This document shows, piece by piece, positions 19,816 through 35,049 of a stretch of 55,941 bases of DNA (position 1 is the first letter of the stretch; every line of letters starts with the position of its first letter). The DNA lies in NCBI GenBank assembly GCA_002269645.1, contig NIVC01001218.1, positions 1-55,941 of the forward strand. Direction: 5' to 3'. Source of the DNA: Macrostomum lignano. Taxonomy: Eukaryota. A program made the position numbers and the translations under genes. Below the pieces are notes generated by a model. That model saw nothing but the letters and a program-made list of their open reading frames with translations, did no database searches and had not been told where the DNA came from.

Positions 19816-22800
19816 TCAGTCCTCTGCAATGGGTACAGCCGTAGTTAAAGCGACGCCGGCGGCGCCCTCCGATGGCGGCTTCGTTTGATCGGCGGAGCTT
19901 GACTGAAGTAGAAAAATAAAATATCATTTTGATGAAATTTTTGAACAGAATTTACGGTATGGTAAGTTTCTCTGACATATATCTGTTGAGCACGAAGGCA
20001 GTTTTAAAGTAGATAGGTAAACATGAACCCCGATTTACCAGTTGGACAGGTGAGCATGAACCCCAATTTACCAGTTGAACAGGTGAGCATAAACCCCAAT
20101 TTACCAGTTGGACAGGTGAGCATGAACCCCAATTTACCAGTTGGACAGGTGAGTATGAACCCCAATTTACCAGTTGGACAGGTGAGTATGAACCCCAATT
20201 TACCAGTTGGACAGGTGAGCATGAACCCCAATTTACCAGTTGGACAGGTGAGCATGAACCCCAATTTACCAGTGAACAGGTGAGCATGAACCCCAATTTA
20301 CCAGTGAACAGGTGAGCATGAAGCCCAATTTATCAGTGAACAGGTGAGCATGAATCCCGGATTAAAATGAACAATAAAGCCAGGAAATAGGTTTACAAAG
20401 ACAGATCGGTGAGCAAAGCATGCAAGATTTAAAGGTAAACTGGTGAGCTCAAAGTTGAAACATAGGTATACTACTACAGAGTTAACTAGTCACCTGAGTC
20501 CTCTCGTAGCCGTGGTGAATGATCAAGTCAACCAGAAAGGCAATGAGCGACAGTCCCACGCCAGCAAAGTAAAATCCAATCGGTCCCACGAAGCTCTTCA
20601 ACGTCAGCGGAATGCTGCCACGGAACATGCGAGCTAGGATGTCGCCAACCTCGGAGATCTGGCTGCGCGTGGAGGCCTCCAGCTTGGTGCCGCAAAGGCT
20701 GCCGGGCGAGCCAAAGTAGCGTCGATAGATGTCCAGCACTCGGCCGTCCTCCTGGAGGCGCAGCAGCTCTAGATTGAAGCGACCCAACAGGCTGGAGTTC
20801 TGTGCAAAGGCCAAGCCGTAGCTCTTGTCGTTGGTGAGGTCACCCAGTACGATGACTTCGCAGTCGGTTTTCTTCACGAAGAAGTCTGCCATGGGCGCCT
20901 CCATCACGGCTAGAACCTGAGTGTCAGCCAGGACCAGGCCAATGAGCTCCTTCGTAGAGTAAACCTGCAGTTCCGGTCTCTTGCGCAGTGCAGCCTGGTG
21001 CTTCCGGTTGAACTGCTGGAACAGAGCTTCTTTAGCCGTGGCAAAGAAGTGATCCGTGCTGCCGCCTTTAATCCAGACCGGCGTGAAGTCTTTCAGATAG
21101 TCGGGGTCAGCGCTGAACCTATCCCGGATGTTGATCATGGGGGCGTACATGTGACGCGAGCGGGAGCCCTCGGAGGCCACCAGGGTACACAGAAATCCGC
21201 CAGCGTAGGCTACTGCAGTGATCGCGGCAAACAGCCACCAGGCGGTGCTCAGACAGCGGCCAGCCAGGGAGCGCGGCTGACTTGCGGTGCCTTTAGGGGG
21301 TGATGATGTTGTAAGAGTTTCAGGTCTAGGGTTAGCTGGGGGTTTCGTGAAATACCCAAAAATGTCCTTGGTAAGCTACTCTTTGGGTTCTTGCATCCTT
21401 TCTCTTTGACGTCTTCTCGCCTGGCTCACTGTAAGAGGGGCACTTCCACTTATATTAATTGAAGTTCAGCTTATTTTCCACTCTCTCACGGCAGCCAACT
21501 CTGTTTTATGGGGCCGGCAACGCTGTCTCACTGGATTCTAAGCGACTTTGTCTTGATGATCCTTCCACTAAGATCTGATAAAAGGCTATGGACAGCGACA
21601 AACACCGGCACCTCCACAGCTGCAGTACAAATAGGTTAGTTGATGGTATCCATCCGTAACAACATCAGGATCAACACAAGCAATTGGAGCTGAAATCGAT
21701 CCCCGATGGAAGCAATCTGGACGTATAGGCAATCTTGCCAAAGAGGTATCATCCAGACAAGAAGAGATGGGGGCATGTGAGATGCACATAATTTACGGAA
21801 ACAACGAGGGAAAGTGGCGGTTGAAGAGGCAGGCGCTCAAGATTCGGCCACTCTTTCGACCTCAACAGGCACCTCGCTTGACTCGGGAAGCAAGAGGACA
21901 ATAAACGTAGGCTCTGCAATCTGCAGTCTATTCTACCATGCGCCCTTGCTTATTTGTAATGTACATCGAAGCAATGTACAGGCACAATACTCAAGTGCAC
22001 ATTGTTCTATAAGGGAACTCTCAAATACGAGCTACATAAATCGAATTCAATGCCCGAGTGTGGCTAACTTCCTATTCAGCAACTTCTGCTGGCATCGCGT
22101 CGACTACTCGTACTACGAGCTACACGATGAAGAAACGACTGACGACCTTCAACTGCCCTGCCAGCTGGAAATATAGACTTGACCACGAGATTGACGGTTA
22201 TGACGGGGCATCAGTAAATAAGTGCATGCACACACACACACACACCGTAGCAGCACGCACCCTGGCAGCGAACAGTGGCGCAGACTGCGCCAAACAGGTA
22301 CAGGTCCTCCAGCTCGCGCGGATTGCAGCGCGAGTTGCAGTACAGCAGCAGGCTGGTGAGCAGCATCAGTCCGCCGCAGGCGAGCCAAACCCAGACGTCG
22401 AACACGGCCAGGAAGAAGGCGGGCCCGCGGCGAACAGCAACGTTGATCCACTTGGCCGGGCGGGCGACCACGACTAGGCCGAAGTTGAGTACGCCGTGCG
22501 AGAAGTCGACGGACTCCTCGCGATAGGCGGTGACAGTTAGTGGGGCCGCGGCGAAGTCGGCCCGCTTGTCGTAGACCTCGCCGATGAGGCCATCCCAGCT
22601 GCGGGTGGAGTTGTTGTAGCTGCCGTAGCGTCCGTCCGGAACTCGTCGGATGTCCGGCCGGAAGCCCAGCCGGCCGGCCAGCTCGGTAATGAGGTCGGGG
22701 AAGAAGCCGATCCAGCGCCCGTTGATATCCTGGGTAGCGAAGCCCTCCAACTGCAAGGGAAATTGAGCGTCTCATTGGTTTTGTCTTTTAAAACGGAAAC

Positions 22801-24689
22801 TCTGGTTAGTCTAACAGCGGATATGAAACTCAGCCTGAGCAGAAGCTCACCAGTATGGTTGTCACCACGTATTCGGGCGTCTGACTGGCCACGACCATCT
22901 GCTGATTGGTGCAGATTGCTGGAAAGTGATAAATGAGGATTAAAGTCTTAAATAGTCACATTAGGCTTGAAAAATCAGAATACGAGTTACATATACTTGG
23001 CTTTTATTCCTAGGTTTGTTAAGATGTTAGGGAGCTTATGAATTGTGAATTTTACATGGTTTATTCTGCCCAAGGACGATAATCGCAACAATTTCATCCA
23101 GTCATTGGTGTAAAACTACTTTTGTTTTTTAAAAATCAAAACAACTTATTTAGCCTGGTCTTTTCTCACTGAACGCTTAAGCAAATGAGCTCGCATCGAT
23201 CAGCGAATGAAAGAAGCGCAATTTCTTCATCTTATTCGACTTTTGGGAGCTGCAGAGATGTAGAGAAGCTTAATCGATCAGTGAGTCCGCGACTTGTGAC
23301 ATGGAAGTGCCATTTGCCTGCAGCTTTGCTTTCTCGGAAACTTTGTCAGCTTAGTAGGCGTAAGTCGCTTGGGATTTACCGACTCGTGACCTGAATTCTC
23401 CTAATCTGCCCCGGCTTCGATTCGACTTTATCGATTTGTAATATTTAAAACTATTGTGGTAGGAATTGATAACAGCTTAACAATTGGGTGTGGGAATGGA
23501 TTCAGGTCACGGCGAGGTCGCCAAGCAAATTTCTGAGTTGTTTTTGAAGGGAATAGAGTCCCAGTGGATTTTCCCAATTCTCCGTGGGACAAACGTATCC
23601 TCGAGGCAGCTGCAATTCTTCTATGCTGTTCGGGAGAGCTGGCCTTGCAGAGGCCAAACAATGCAACAGATACTCGGGAGCGTGAGCCCTCGTGCCAGTC
23701 ATTTCCCATTGTACTGGGCTGATGCAGCGCTCTTATCATGCATCTAAGAGTTCAGGACATTGGTAATGATGCCTGTGCAAATCGACCTTCAACCCCACCT
23801 TCCTTGGGGCACGTTTAGCCTTCTAGCTTATACTACAATTCACTTCCCTTATCAATCAATCACGCAAGCGACTTGTATTAAATTGAGTCCAAAAAGCACT
23901 GCGCATGGCAGAGACCCCCCCCCAACCCCCGATCTTCTTCAGATATAATCCAGCTAATATTGACTTAATAGCCTGCAGCGATGCTTAAAGCCTGCCTGCT
24001 CTAGGCTCCGGGACTCCGCGAAAACAACGGGGAGAAACAATTATATTAATTCCCGCGATTGACTTTTTCTCTTCCTAGTAATTAGGTAATTTGCAATCGA
24101 ATACTTGCGAGTTAGCTGATTCGGTCAGACAGAAAAATGCGATTCACAAGCTCCAAGCATCAAATCGCTGAGATTTTAACAATGTGACTTTTCCGGCTGG
24201 TGAAGTGTTGATCTTGTGAAAGATTCTATATTCTAAGGAGGTGAAATTCGAGCTGGTAAAACGCCTCATTAAGGTAATTTCACTTTCTGCAAAGCCTCTA
24301 GCTGTAGTTGGATCCTTCTTTAGCCACGTGGTCATTTGGATTGATAACGAGTACGCAACTCAAAATCATAGGGCTTTCATGGGCTTCACCTGGGTGTGAT
24401 TTATATACCCGTGAGAGCCCACCCTCAGAGAATACGAGTATGTATAGTACCAGCCGATGCGAAAGTCAGGTCCTCAGTACACTCCGTGGGGAGTACGTAT
24501 GCATGAGCGTGTGTGAGCTTAGGTGTCAGGGAAACGGGCATGACTACTTGCATCCTAGTTGGCTGCTGGTTCTCTGATACTTTCCATGTCCGCTGCAAAG
24601 TGAGTTGAGAAGCTATTTCGTGCTATACCGAATCGGTGTATCTAACACTTACCGGCCGCAAGGCACACCAAAATTGCTGACCGAAGCAT
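19816..24689 (-). CDS. Ionotropic glutamate receptor / IR-like subunit lacking the ATD (paralogue 2), ~492 aa
   Basis: Exons 24689-24653, 22918-22851, 22750-22261, 21290-20494, 19902-19816; GT-AG, phases 1,0,1,0, total 1479 nt. It reads MLRSAILVCLAAAICTNQQMVVASQTPEYVVTTIL|LEGF...DGRYGS...WDGLIGEV...APLTVTAYREESVDFS; M3 PRSLAGRCLSTAWW..AYAGGFLCTL; S2 GGSTDHFF, VMEAP, Cys pair; M4. An alternative end VTS* at 20482 is possible. Confidence 0.92.
20020..20357. repeat. 33-bp minisatellite in the last iGluR-2 intron, ~10 copies
   Basis: TTACCAGTTGGACAGGTGAGCATGAACCCCAAT repeated. The 11-codon period explains the ORFs on both strands. Confidence 0.95.
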
Positions 24690-25086
24690 CGGGGCCGGAG
24701 GAACTCTTTGAGCAGAACGCTGCGAAGACTTTTCACCCGCGGAGGAGTTGGCGCGGTCGAGTGAAAACTCGCGGCTTCGTACAATGCTGGTCAGCTTTTT
24801 ATGCCAGCAATTGGCTTTCTTCTGCACGACTCCCCACGTTGCCCGAAGGCGAGATTGGCTCCGGCTATTTTCCTTATCCGATCCAGTTTCCCGGCCACGA
24901 GTCACGTGACAATCAAATCCCGATTGGCTGCCTCGACACTGCACCCGTGCATGCATCCGCATCGATGTCCCGCCGTCGTTCCTCGGCAAATTTTTGGCAT
25001 TAAACTGCACGGTATAGTCGCATTTTTATGAAACATCCAACCTGTCTTCTATCTGTATGTTTCACTATCGATGCGTGTTGGTGCGC

Positions 25087-27068
<1,982 letters not shown>

Positions 27069-27678
27069 AGCGTTTTAAATCAAGAGCCAGAGAAGCGGGT
27101 TTAGGTGCTTTATGGCAAGTACATTTAAGTACTAGTGATTACTATTAGTAGTATAGCAATCTGTGATTCATATTTCTACCAAATGAAATTGGCATAGCCA
27201 CGTAAACACACTTGGATGCTGTATTCAACAAATTGCAAAGTCAACAAACTTGGTTACAGGCGCTTCATCATGCCGCTGGACGACCTCTTAGCTCTTGGAT
27301 TTGATACTTCTAAACCATTTCAATGTGTGCCTATCTGGGAGATCAGCGGCTTAAATACGACGTGGCTTGAAAAAAACTTTTGAAGCTAAATCTGACATTA
27401 TACATTGCCGTCCCACTTCTTTATTTTAAGTTAAAAATTCAATGGTTGGTCGCTGCGCTGACAGGACGGAAGCGCCGCATTGCAAGGGAAAGTAGCTTGA
27501 GTGCGAAATCAATAAATGAAAGGCAAAGACGCAAAACTGATGCCAACCAAGAGCGGAGAGTGCTGGAGCTACTTTGCGTCTTTGGGCTTCGAGGGTGGCG
27601 GCCAGCCTCCAACAACTCTAAAGCCACCGCCGCTCACCTTGCTGCACTGTTCATGGGTGATGACGCTACGGCACAGGC

Positions 27679-29807
27679 TCATTTTTTCGTCTTCCTGACG
27701 CCGCCTTCCTCGCAGCTGCCGCAGCAGTTGGTCTCGGCGGCACAAACGCAGCGAACCAGCGGCCGGATCGACTCTGGCAGCCTGTTGTCTTTGACGCAGG
27801 TGGCCACCCAGCGCACACTGCGGCGCCACTGCTCCTGCAGGTGCAAAGCATCGCACAGAGCGTCTTCAAGGCGGGCCAACCCGACGCCGCCAGACTCCTG
27901 CGCTAAGCGTTGCAAATGGCGGTGCAAAAAGTGCTGAGAGGCGCAGACTGCGCAGGAGGATTCGCTCGCTGGGCCGCTCGATCGGTCCAGGTGCTTCGGG
28001 CACAGGCGGCCGATTCCGACGCCTCCAGTTGCTTCACCGGCTTCGCCGTAGCCGACGGTGCTGGCAGACCCACCAAACTCCGAGGGTGCCACCATTGACA
28101 CAAACGACGATGGCGCTCCGTTGCTCATCAGAGTATTGGTTGCCCGATTTGAGTTGCTGCCGTCCATTGCACCAGCCGCTGTCAGGGGAATCGGCGCGGT
28201 CAAGCTCCTTGAACCGTTGCATCTGCCGCCGCCGCCGCGGTCCGAGACGTGGCATTTTAACATTGGGAGGCCGGACGGGGAAGAAGTCCGAGATGAAACG
28301 GTTGAACTTGCGGCTCTGCTGGCTGCGGATGCCAGACTGTTGTGTGGTGCGTCTGTCGAAACGGATGAGCATGAGGACAGAGGCATTGCATGAGCATGAG
28401 GACAGAGGTATTGCTATGAGAATGAGGACAGAGGCATTGCATGAGCATGAGGACAGAGGTATTGCTATGAGCATGAGGACAGTGGCATTGCTATGAGCAT
28501 GAGGACAGAGGTATTACTATGAGCATGAAAACAGAGGTATTGCTATGAGCATGAGGACAGTGGTATGGCTATGAGCATGAGGACAGTGGTATTGCTATGA
28601 GCATGAAAACAGAGGTATTGCTATGAGCATGAGGACAGTGGTATTGCTATAAGCATGAGAACAGAGGTATTGCTATGAGCATGAAAACAGAGGTATTGCT
28701 ATGAGCATGAGGACAGTGGTATTGCTATGAGCATGAGGACAGAGGTATTGCTATGTTGCATGAGGACAGAGGCATTGCTATGAGCAGGAGGACAGAGGTA
28801 TTGCTATGAGCATGAGGACAGAGGTATTGCTATGAGCATGAGGACAGAGGTATTGCTATGAGCATGATTCAATTATAAATTTCAAAATGACTCACATGTG
28901 CCGGCAGGAGTTCCGCTCGTCTCACAGACACTGCCGTTGCCTCCGGCTGTCGTTGTTGCCCTCGCTGCTCGACGCACAATCGAAGTCAGCCGCCGAGTCA
29001 CCAGGAATTCGGCAATCGCGCGACAGACAGCTCGCTGAGGCGCGTCGCTTTTCGAGTTCTCAAAGCTGACGCGACTCCGTGCGCAGGTGGTGCGACCTTC
29101 CGACAACGAGAAGCTGACTGTGCCGCCAGTTCCGCCGCCTGTGACGCGCCGCGAAGTGCCTTCGCTGATGTTGACAGCAGCCGATATGTCACAGTCGAAA
29201 TGGCGCAGAGTATAAGGGATGTCCATAGCCGTGATGGTGTCAATGTCGCTCTTGCTCTGAAGCCGCGGCTTTTCACTGAGCTGCTGCGGATGGCCCCAAG
29301 AATTCGCGCCGCTGCTGTTGAGACACATGCAGGTCGCAACTGATGGCCTGGGAGGAATTGCGAAGGAAATTTCAGGTATTTTAAAACTACTCGTAAACCA
29401 TTATGAATCAATACCCATTAGTAGCCCTATATTAATCCCTGAAAAATCTGATAAACTACATGTAGCTCGTACCTAGCCTGAAGCGATTGTTTCTGCGGCT
29501 GCGACACATTCAAAAGCGGAGGCGCCAGCACCAAAGACTCGATGGCGTCGCGAACCAGCCAAGGCAGCGGGTCGTGGCGGCTGAGCGCCTCAACCAGCAG
29601 TTGATAAACCTGGCATATTCTTTTCTTTACCGATTGAAAATGGCTGGCAGTGTAACCCATCTCAACCAGCAGAGTATCCATCATACTGGGTATGTATTGC
29701 ACGGTGGACCCGAATTCTGGCCGTAGGGAACGCTGCCTCTGGCGTCGGTGCTGATGATGATATCGTTTGCTGTGGCCACTCGAACTGAGTTTAGCAGCCG
29801 ATTTCAT
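27679..29807 (-). CDS. 3-exon orphan gene (~486 aa as spliced), possibly a degenerate Mab-21/cGAS-like nucleotidyltransferase
   Basis: Exons 29807-29473, 29347-28896, 28352-27679 with donors GTACGA/GTGAGT and acceptors TTCCTCCCAG/TTTCGACAG; phases 2 and 1 match and the frame is open (1461 nt). Motifs: DTLLVEMGYT..., SGANSWG...SDIDT, CVKDNRLP. The family call is by eye. Confidence 0.55.
28366..28867. repeat. 26-bp intronic minisatellite (GAGCATGAGGACAGAGGTATTGCTAT), ~19 copies
   Basis: Fills intron 2 of the 27679-29807 gene. Confidence 0.95.
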
Positions 29808-32800
29808 GGCTGTACCGGGTGTTCTCTTGGCAGGTCCTTACATTGCAAAGGGTTTACATCTTAACACTAATAGCTTCATAGCATAAAATAATAGCATGGA
29901 ACTTGCAAGATGGCCAACGTAGATACATGGTATTTTGCAAAGGACACGCATATATCATGCAGTAGTCTATGGGATCCTCTTATTTTCTATTTTTGCCATC
30001 ATATTCATATCAAGGAGTTCTATTGCAAGCAACGAAGATATCGGAAGAGAAACCAACGCTTTCATTTTTTACTGTTTTCATTTTCATGTGCTGCTGTGAA
30101 AGACCTGTCGCGGTAAACAAAATGGATTGCGTAAGTCCCTTGGTCGATTGTCAGGTAATTAGACTCCTGGCATAGAGCAATACTTTTAACGACCAGAAAT
30201 TTCGCTATGGAATTTTGGAGTACTGCTTTTACTCTCTTTATACGTCTACTGTCGACTGGGTTTTTGCTAAGAAATTATGATATCACTGCATACATCTTTC
30301 AGATAGACGCATTTTCAGCATTGCTTACCTTTAAGGTAATCTTAAAAGGCGTCTATATGTAAAATTTAATAGTTTACGCACAATAATTAAAAACTGCTTG
30401 CATTTTTCTATATGTGCTTTATATGTATTACCATGTATTACCATAACCTAAAAATAATAGAAGTTAGGATTAAAAGTTACAAAACCCTTTCTGTAAGAGT
30501 TGTAATGAGTTTTACAGTTTCCGGAATGTAGATAGCGTGATTGAAGCTTTTGCGTCCGATGACGAAAAAGGCACTTGTTCAAAACGTTACATTTTCTATA
30601 AAATTATCGCGCTTTAACAGGCTACGAAACAACAGGGCAGGCATGTAGCTTTTGAAATCTATCAGTATCAAATAATTTAACCTTTTTGTGATTGATCTAC
30701 CCACATTGAATCTAGAATATTACTATTATATTTATTTTATGTGTTCCAAGTATTTATTTAATCTCTTACGTTCATGTTTTCATCACCCAAAGCCGAATTT
30801 GCATCTTGTGATTCACGCGTGTAGAATAAAATTTAGAAACATTACCTAAGGTCTGAATAGTCAATAATTTTTTATATTTGACCTAATTTTCATAATACAG
30901 CTCAAACTATCTATCTATCGTTTTCAGTCTGACTCTGAGTATATAATAAAATATAGTGTATTTAGGAACTTAAGCTTAAGTCATTAAGAGTTACTAAGCT
31001 GGCTTAACTTAAGCTAAGGTGCTTCGATTGATACTATTCATAATTTATTCTAGTCATGATTCCTTATGATTCATGAATGGCTTTAAAACTAGTTAAATAT
31101 ATATCATTATCTATCTGGACATCATTATTCATTCACTCAAATAGCTTATCATTCTAATTTTAGCTGAAGAAACTTATGGCTAACCCTATTCTACAACAAT
31201 ATTCTAGTTATATTTTTGGTTTATCCCTTATACAAAGCTAGAAACAATATGTTTAGTATACACAAAACTTGGTTTTGACTTTAGGAGTTCAAAATCACAT
31301 TGGCTATATCTATATGCTTATTAATAAATAATAAAGTTTTACTTATTGCCAATGCTACAGAAAGAAAAGTAAAATTAAGATCGACCTTACTTTGGTAGAT
31401 TCCTATAAATATATAACAAGCAACTTTTTTTACAACTTGCCAATTAGCAACTTTTATCCCTAGGAATTAGGATTTGAGCTCCTAGAGTCAAACTTCTAGA
31501 GTCAGGCTTCTATAGGATCTAACTTCCAATAAATTTCAAATTTTACCAAAAAAGGCTTTACTATATATCTATAGTTTAATTTATATATAAAAGACAAATA
31601 GAATTTTCATTTTTATAGTTATAGATATTTTGTATAAAATATATATTGATACCTAAATCCTAATGAATATAAAAATTTTTTATATACTTGATACATAGTG
31701 TGATTTTATAATATATTATGACTGATAAATATGATAAAATAAATACAAATTATTACTAACAATAGTATATTAATTTTTCATGTAGTTTTGTATTACTAAA
31801 AACAAATATTGATTAGAATTAGTTGTAGGTACCCTATTGTAATAGTTTTTATAATTTGGGCCTATTTAATGCTAGCCTTATGACTCACTAACTTCTAGGT
31901 TTATACAAGTATGGAGATTATATTTTATTGTAATATAGATAGCATGCATTTATAAAAATGTTTATAGGGTTCAAAGAGCCCTAGAAGAATAGCTAGAAAT
32001 TTTTGAAGGGTGTAGCTATATGAATCATAGAAGACCACAAATACTTGTAATTGTTGAATAAATTGTGAAAAAAAAACAGAAAAAAACTAAATTTACTTAC
32101 CAAAAATCTTTAAGGCATAATATAAGTCCTTTTGTACCTATTTTGATTATGCCACTAAGTGGCTTTGATATTCTAATCTAAGGCTATCCTCAAAGCTACA
32201 TATTTTGTGCATTAGTATAATTAAAAATTAATAAGAAATCTTAGCTAATCCCCAAAAACCCTAAACTAATATGGCTATATATGTATATATGGAATCAAAC
32301 AATTATAAATCATGTTTACCATATAACATGTGGTCAACATGCATAATAACTGGGCCCTATTATTCATTTTGTAAATAGCTATAAGTTATGAAACACTATC
32401 TTGAGGCATATATATTAATCTCAGTATCATATTGCAATTAGAATATGTTTTGAAATTCGTAATTAAGTCTGGCTATCTCAGCTGTCCTCTTCTCTCTCCT
32501 CTCATCTCTTGTCTGTTATCTTCTCTCTCATCTCTCCTTTCATCTTATCTTTCAGCTCTCTAACCTCCCTTCTCTTGTTTTATCTCCTTTTTCCTTCTCT
32601 CAGCTCCTCTATTTCCTCATCTTTCCTGTCTCATCTAACCCACAATCATGAGCTAAATTACTATATATGGCCCATGGTAAAAAAAGTTTGCCAACTCCTG
32701 CTCTAGAGTGACACTTTGTTTAACTTGTCTATCTAAATATCGTTGGAAGCGCCAATCATACGTTTCAATTTTTGTTATTGTTGGCAGTGGCTGTAACATT

Positions 32801-33755
32801 ATTTGCACGTACAAAGAATAAAGCATTCCTTTTTAATTTTGCGAGCTACCTTTCCGGCATATAGCTAACCTCACTACTACTAGTAGGGTCATAAGACTTT
32901 GTTTGGCCAAGTTCAAGTTAACGGCGCGTTCATAAGACCTACCTCTGTGACTTTCTGTCGATTCCATTCTCCAAACGAATATACTAATGGGCTATGGACA
33001 TCCCTGTTGAGAAGAGAGACTGTGGAAACGATCTCAAACCCTTCGATCGATGGGGCTGGCATCTTTTATCAGCGCGGCTGAACTCAAGTGAGCACGAAGC
33101 GAGATTTGGAGAAAAAAATAGGCTTCTCTAGCTCCTCCCACCTGCATCCCCATGGCCTTCTAACCTTGAGCCTCCGGAGCCCAATTAGGACACATCTCCC
33201 CCCTCCCCTTTGGTTCTGGATTGACAGCTTGTAGTGGATCGGGCAGGATTGGTTGGTACTGGCTGGCCTGGCAAATATGTTAGCATCCTTTTCCATAGCA
33301 GATGCTTTTGTATAGTCATTGAGACGTGAGTGTGTATATATAGAAGGGAAATTGGGGGGTGGCAACGCTCTGCTCTGTTCCGCAATTGGGGGGGAGGAGA
33401 AACCAAGGCCGGTGGATCTTGAATAGGGTGGTGGGGTGAAAGGTGTGAGAGTGAACGGTAATCTCTGCGCTCTGTATGCATACGCTCATTACAGCACTCT
33501 TAATAGTTGTTGTTCGCGCTGGGATTACCTTTGTTATAACACTATATAGGGATTTAGTAGACGGAGGAGGAGCGCCTAAAAGTAGAACATTTAGGAAGCC
33601 AGCCTCCATGGGACGCCTGTGGTTAATGTAAATCGTAATTACAAAACCGACTGCTCAGATCTGGTTTGTTGTACGTTATTGTATCTTAGTGCAGCTATAA
33701 GCATTGCTTTGCTAAATACTGTTTCAATTTTTATGAAAATATGCTCAGTCTCGGG

Positions 33756-34136
33756 CGTTGGCGTATCCAGGGGGTCAAGGGGGTCGGCTGACCCTCCCCC
33801 AAGAAAATTAGGTGGGTAGGCTCATGACCCCTCGGGAAACTGAAAATAATTTTTCCCTTTCTCCTTTCTTAGTTATATAGCTTAAAAGTACGCAAGCTCG
33901 GAGCTTGAACTCATTGGCAGATCCAGAGGGATCAAGGGGGTCGGCTGACCTCCCCCCCTCAAGAAAATAAAGCGGGTCATGACCCCCGGGAAATCAAAAG
34001 CAAGTTTTTTCGATTGTCATTCATAGTTATATTTCTTAAAAGTATATCAAGTTCAAGGCTTGAACTCACAGGCGGATGTGGCCCGGGGGCAAGGAGGTCG
34101 GCTGACCCCCCGGCAAAAGTCCTGGATCCGCCACTG
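33756..34136. mobile_element. hAT-type MITE with 8-bp TSD
   Basis: GTCTCGGG|CGTTGGCGTATCCAGG...CCTGGATCCGCCACTG|GTCTCGGG. Three internal G-rich GGTCGGCTGACC modules. Confidence 0.8.
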
Positions 34137-34257
34137 GTCTCGGGTGCTTTTACAAGATCTAAATTTTGCATCGCCGAAAGGTTCAACCAGCAGCCAGTTT
34201 CACAATTCTTAACTTTGATAAGAACGAACTTTCATTGCAATAAGTTTGTGAGAAGTC

Positions 34258-34632
34258 TTGTGAAGTTTAGGTCTTGTGAAGTTTAGGTCTTGTGAAGTTT
34301 AGGTCTTGTGAAGTTTAGGTCTTGTGAAGTTTAGGTCTTGTGAAGTTTAGGTCTTGTGAAGTTTAGGTCTTGTGAAGTTTAGGTCTTGTGAAGTTTAGGT
34401 CTTGTGAAGTTTAGGTCTTGTGAAGTTTAGGTCTTGTGAAGTTTAGGTCTTGTGAAGTTTAGGTCTTGTGAAGTTTAGGTCTTGTGAAGTTTAGGTCTTG
34501 TGAAGTTTAGGTCTTGTGAAGTTTAGGTCTTGTGAAGTTTAGGTCTTGTGAAGTTTAGGTCTTGTGAAGTTTAGGTCTTGTGAAGTTTAGGTCTTGTGAA
34601 GTTTAGGTCTTGTGAAGTTTAGGTCTTGTGAA
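34258..34632. repeat. Near-perfect 16-bp tandem repeat (TGTGAAGTTTAGGTCT), ~23 copies
   Basis: Homogeneous array. Confidence 0.97.
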
Positions 34633-35049
34633 ATTTAGCGGGATGTCGGGGCCGTAGACAATTGTTATTAATGTTGGAAGAAATATTGAGAGATCCAATA
34701 GTATAACTATTAGGATTTAAGATCCTATAACTAGAAACTATTTAGATCCTGATATAGACTTTATTAAACATGCGCCTAAGATTTGCTATTTAAAAGCTGC
34801 TATTAGTAAATCATTGTAAATACGAGTATTAGTAAAATAATTGGTCCGGATTCCTTTTAACCTATAAGAAAATCAAATATTTACTAGAACGAGACCGGGG
34901 GAGCAAGTAGCAATTAACTCGTTCTTCAGAAACGATGTGATGTTTGTTGGTATGTGGATACCAAGTGTCTGTTTGCGAAGCAGATATTGATCTTTCGAAA
35001 CAGCTTCCCATCGTGTCAGTTCCTTTGAGGTCCTCACCTCGGAAGTCTC

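Noticed and set aside
27380-29726. Plus-strand multi-exon pseudogene reading
   Set aside because: It needs several stops and frameshifts, while the minus strand gives clean phase-matched splice sites and open exons. The plus frames are treated as shadows.
32670-32708. hAT-like right end TTGCCAACTCCTG|CTCTAGAG
   Set aside because: No matching left TIR or TSD was found in the decayed upstream sequence.
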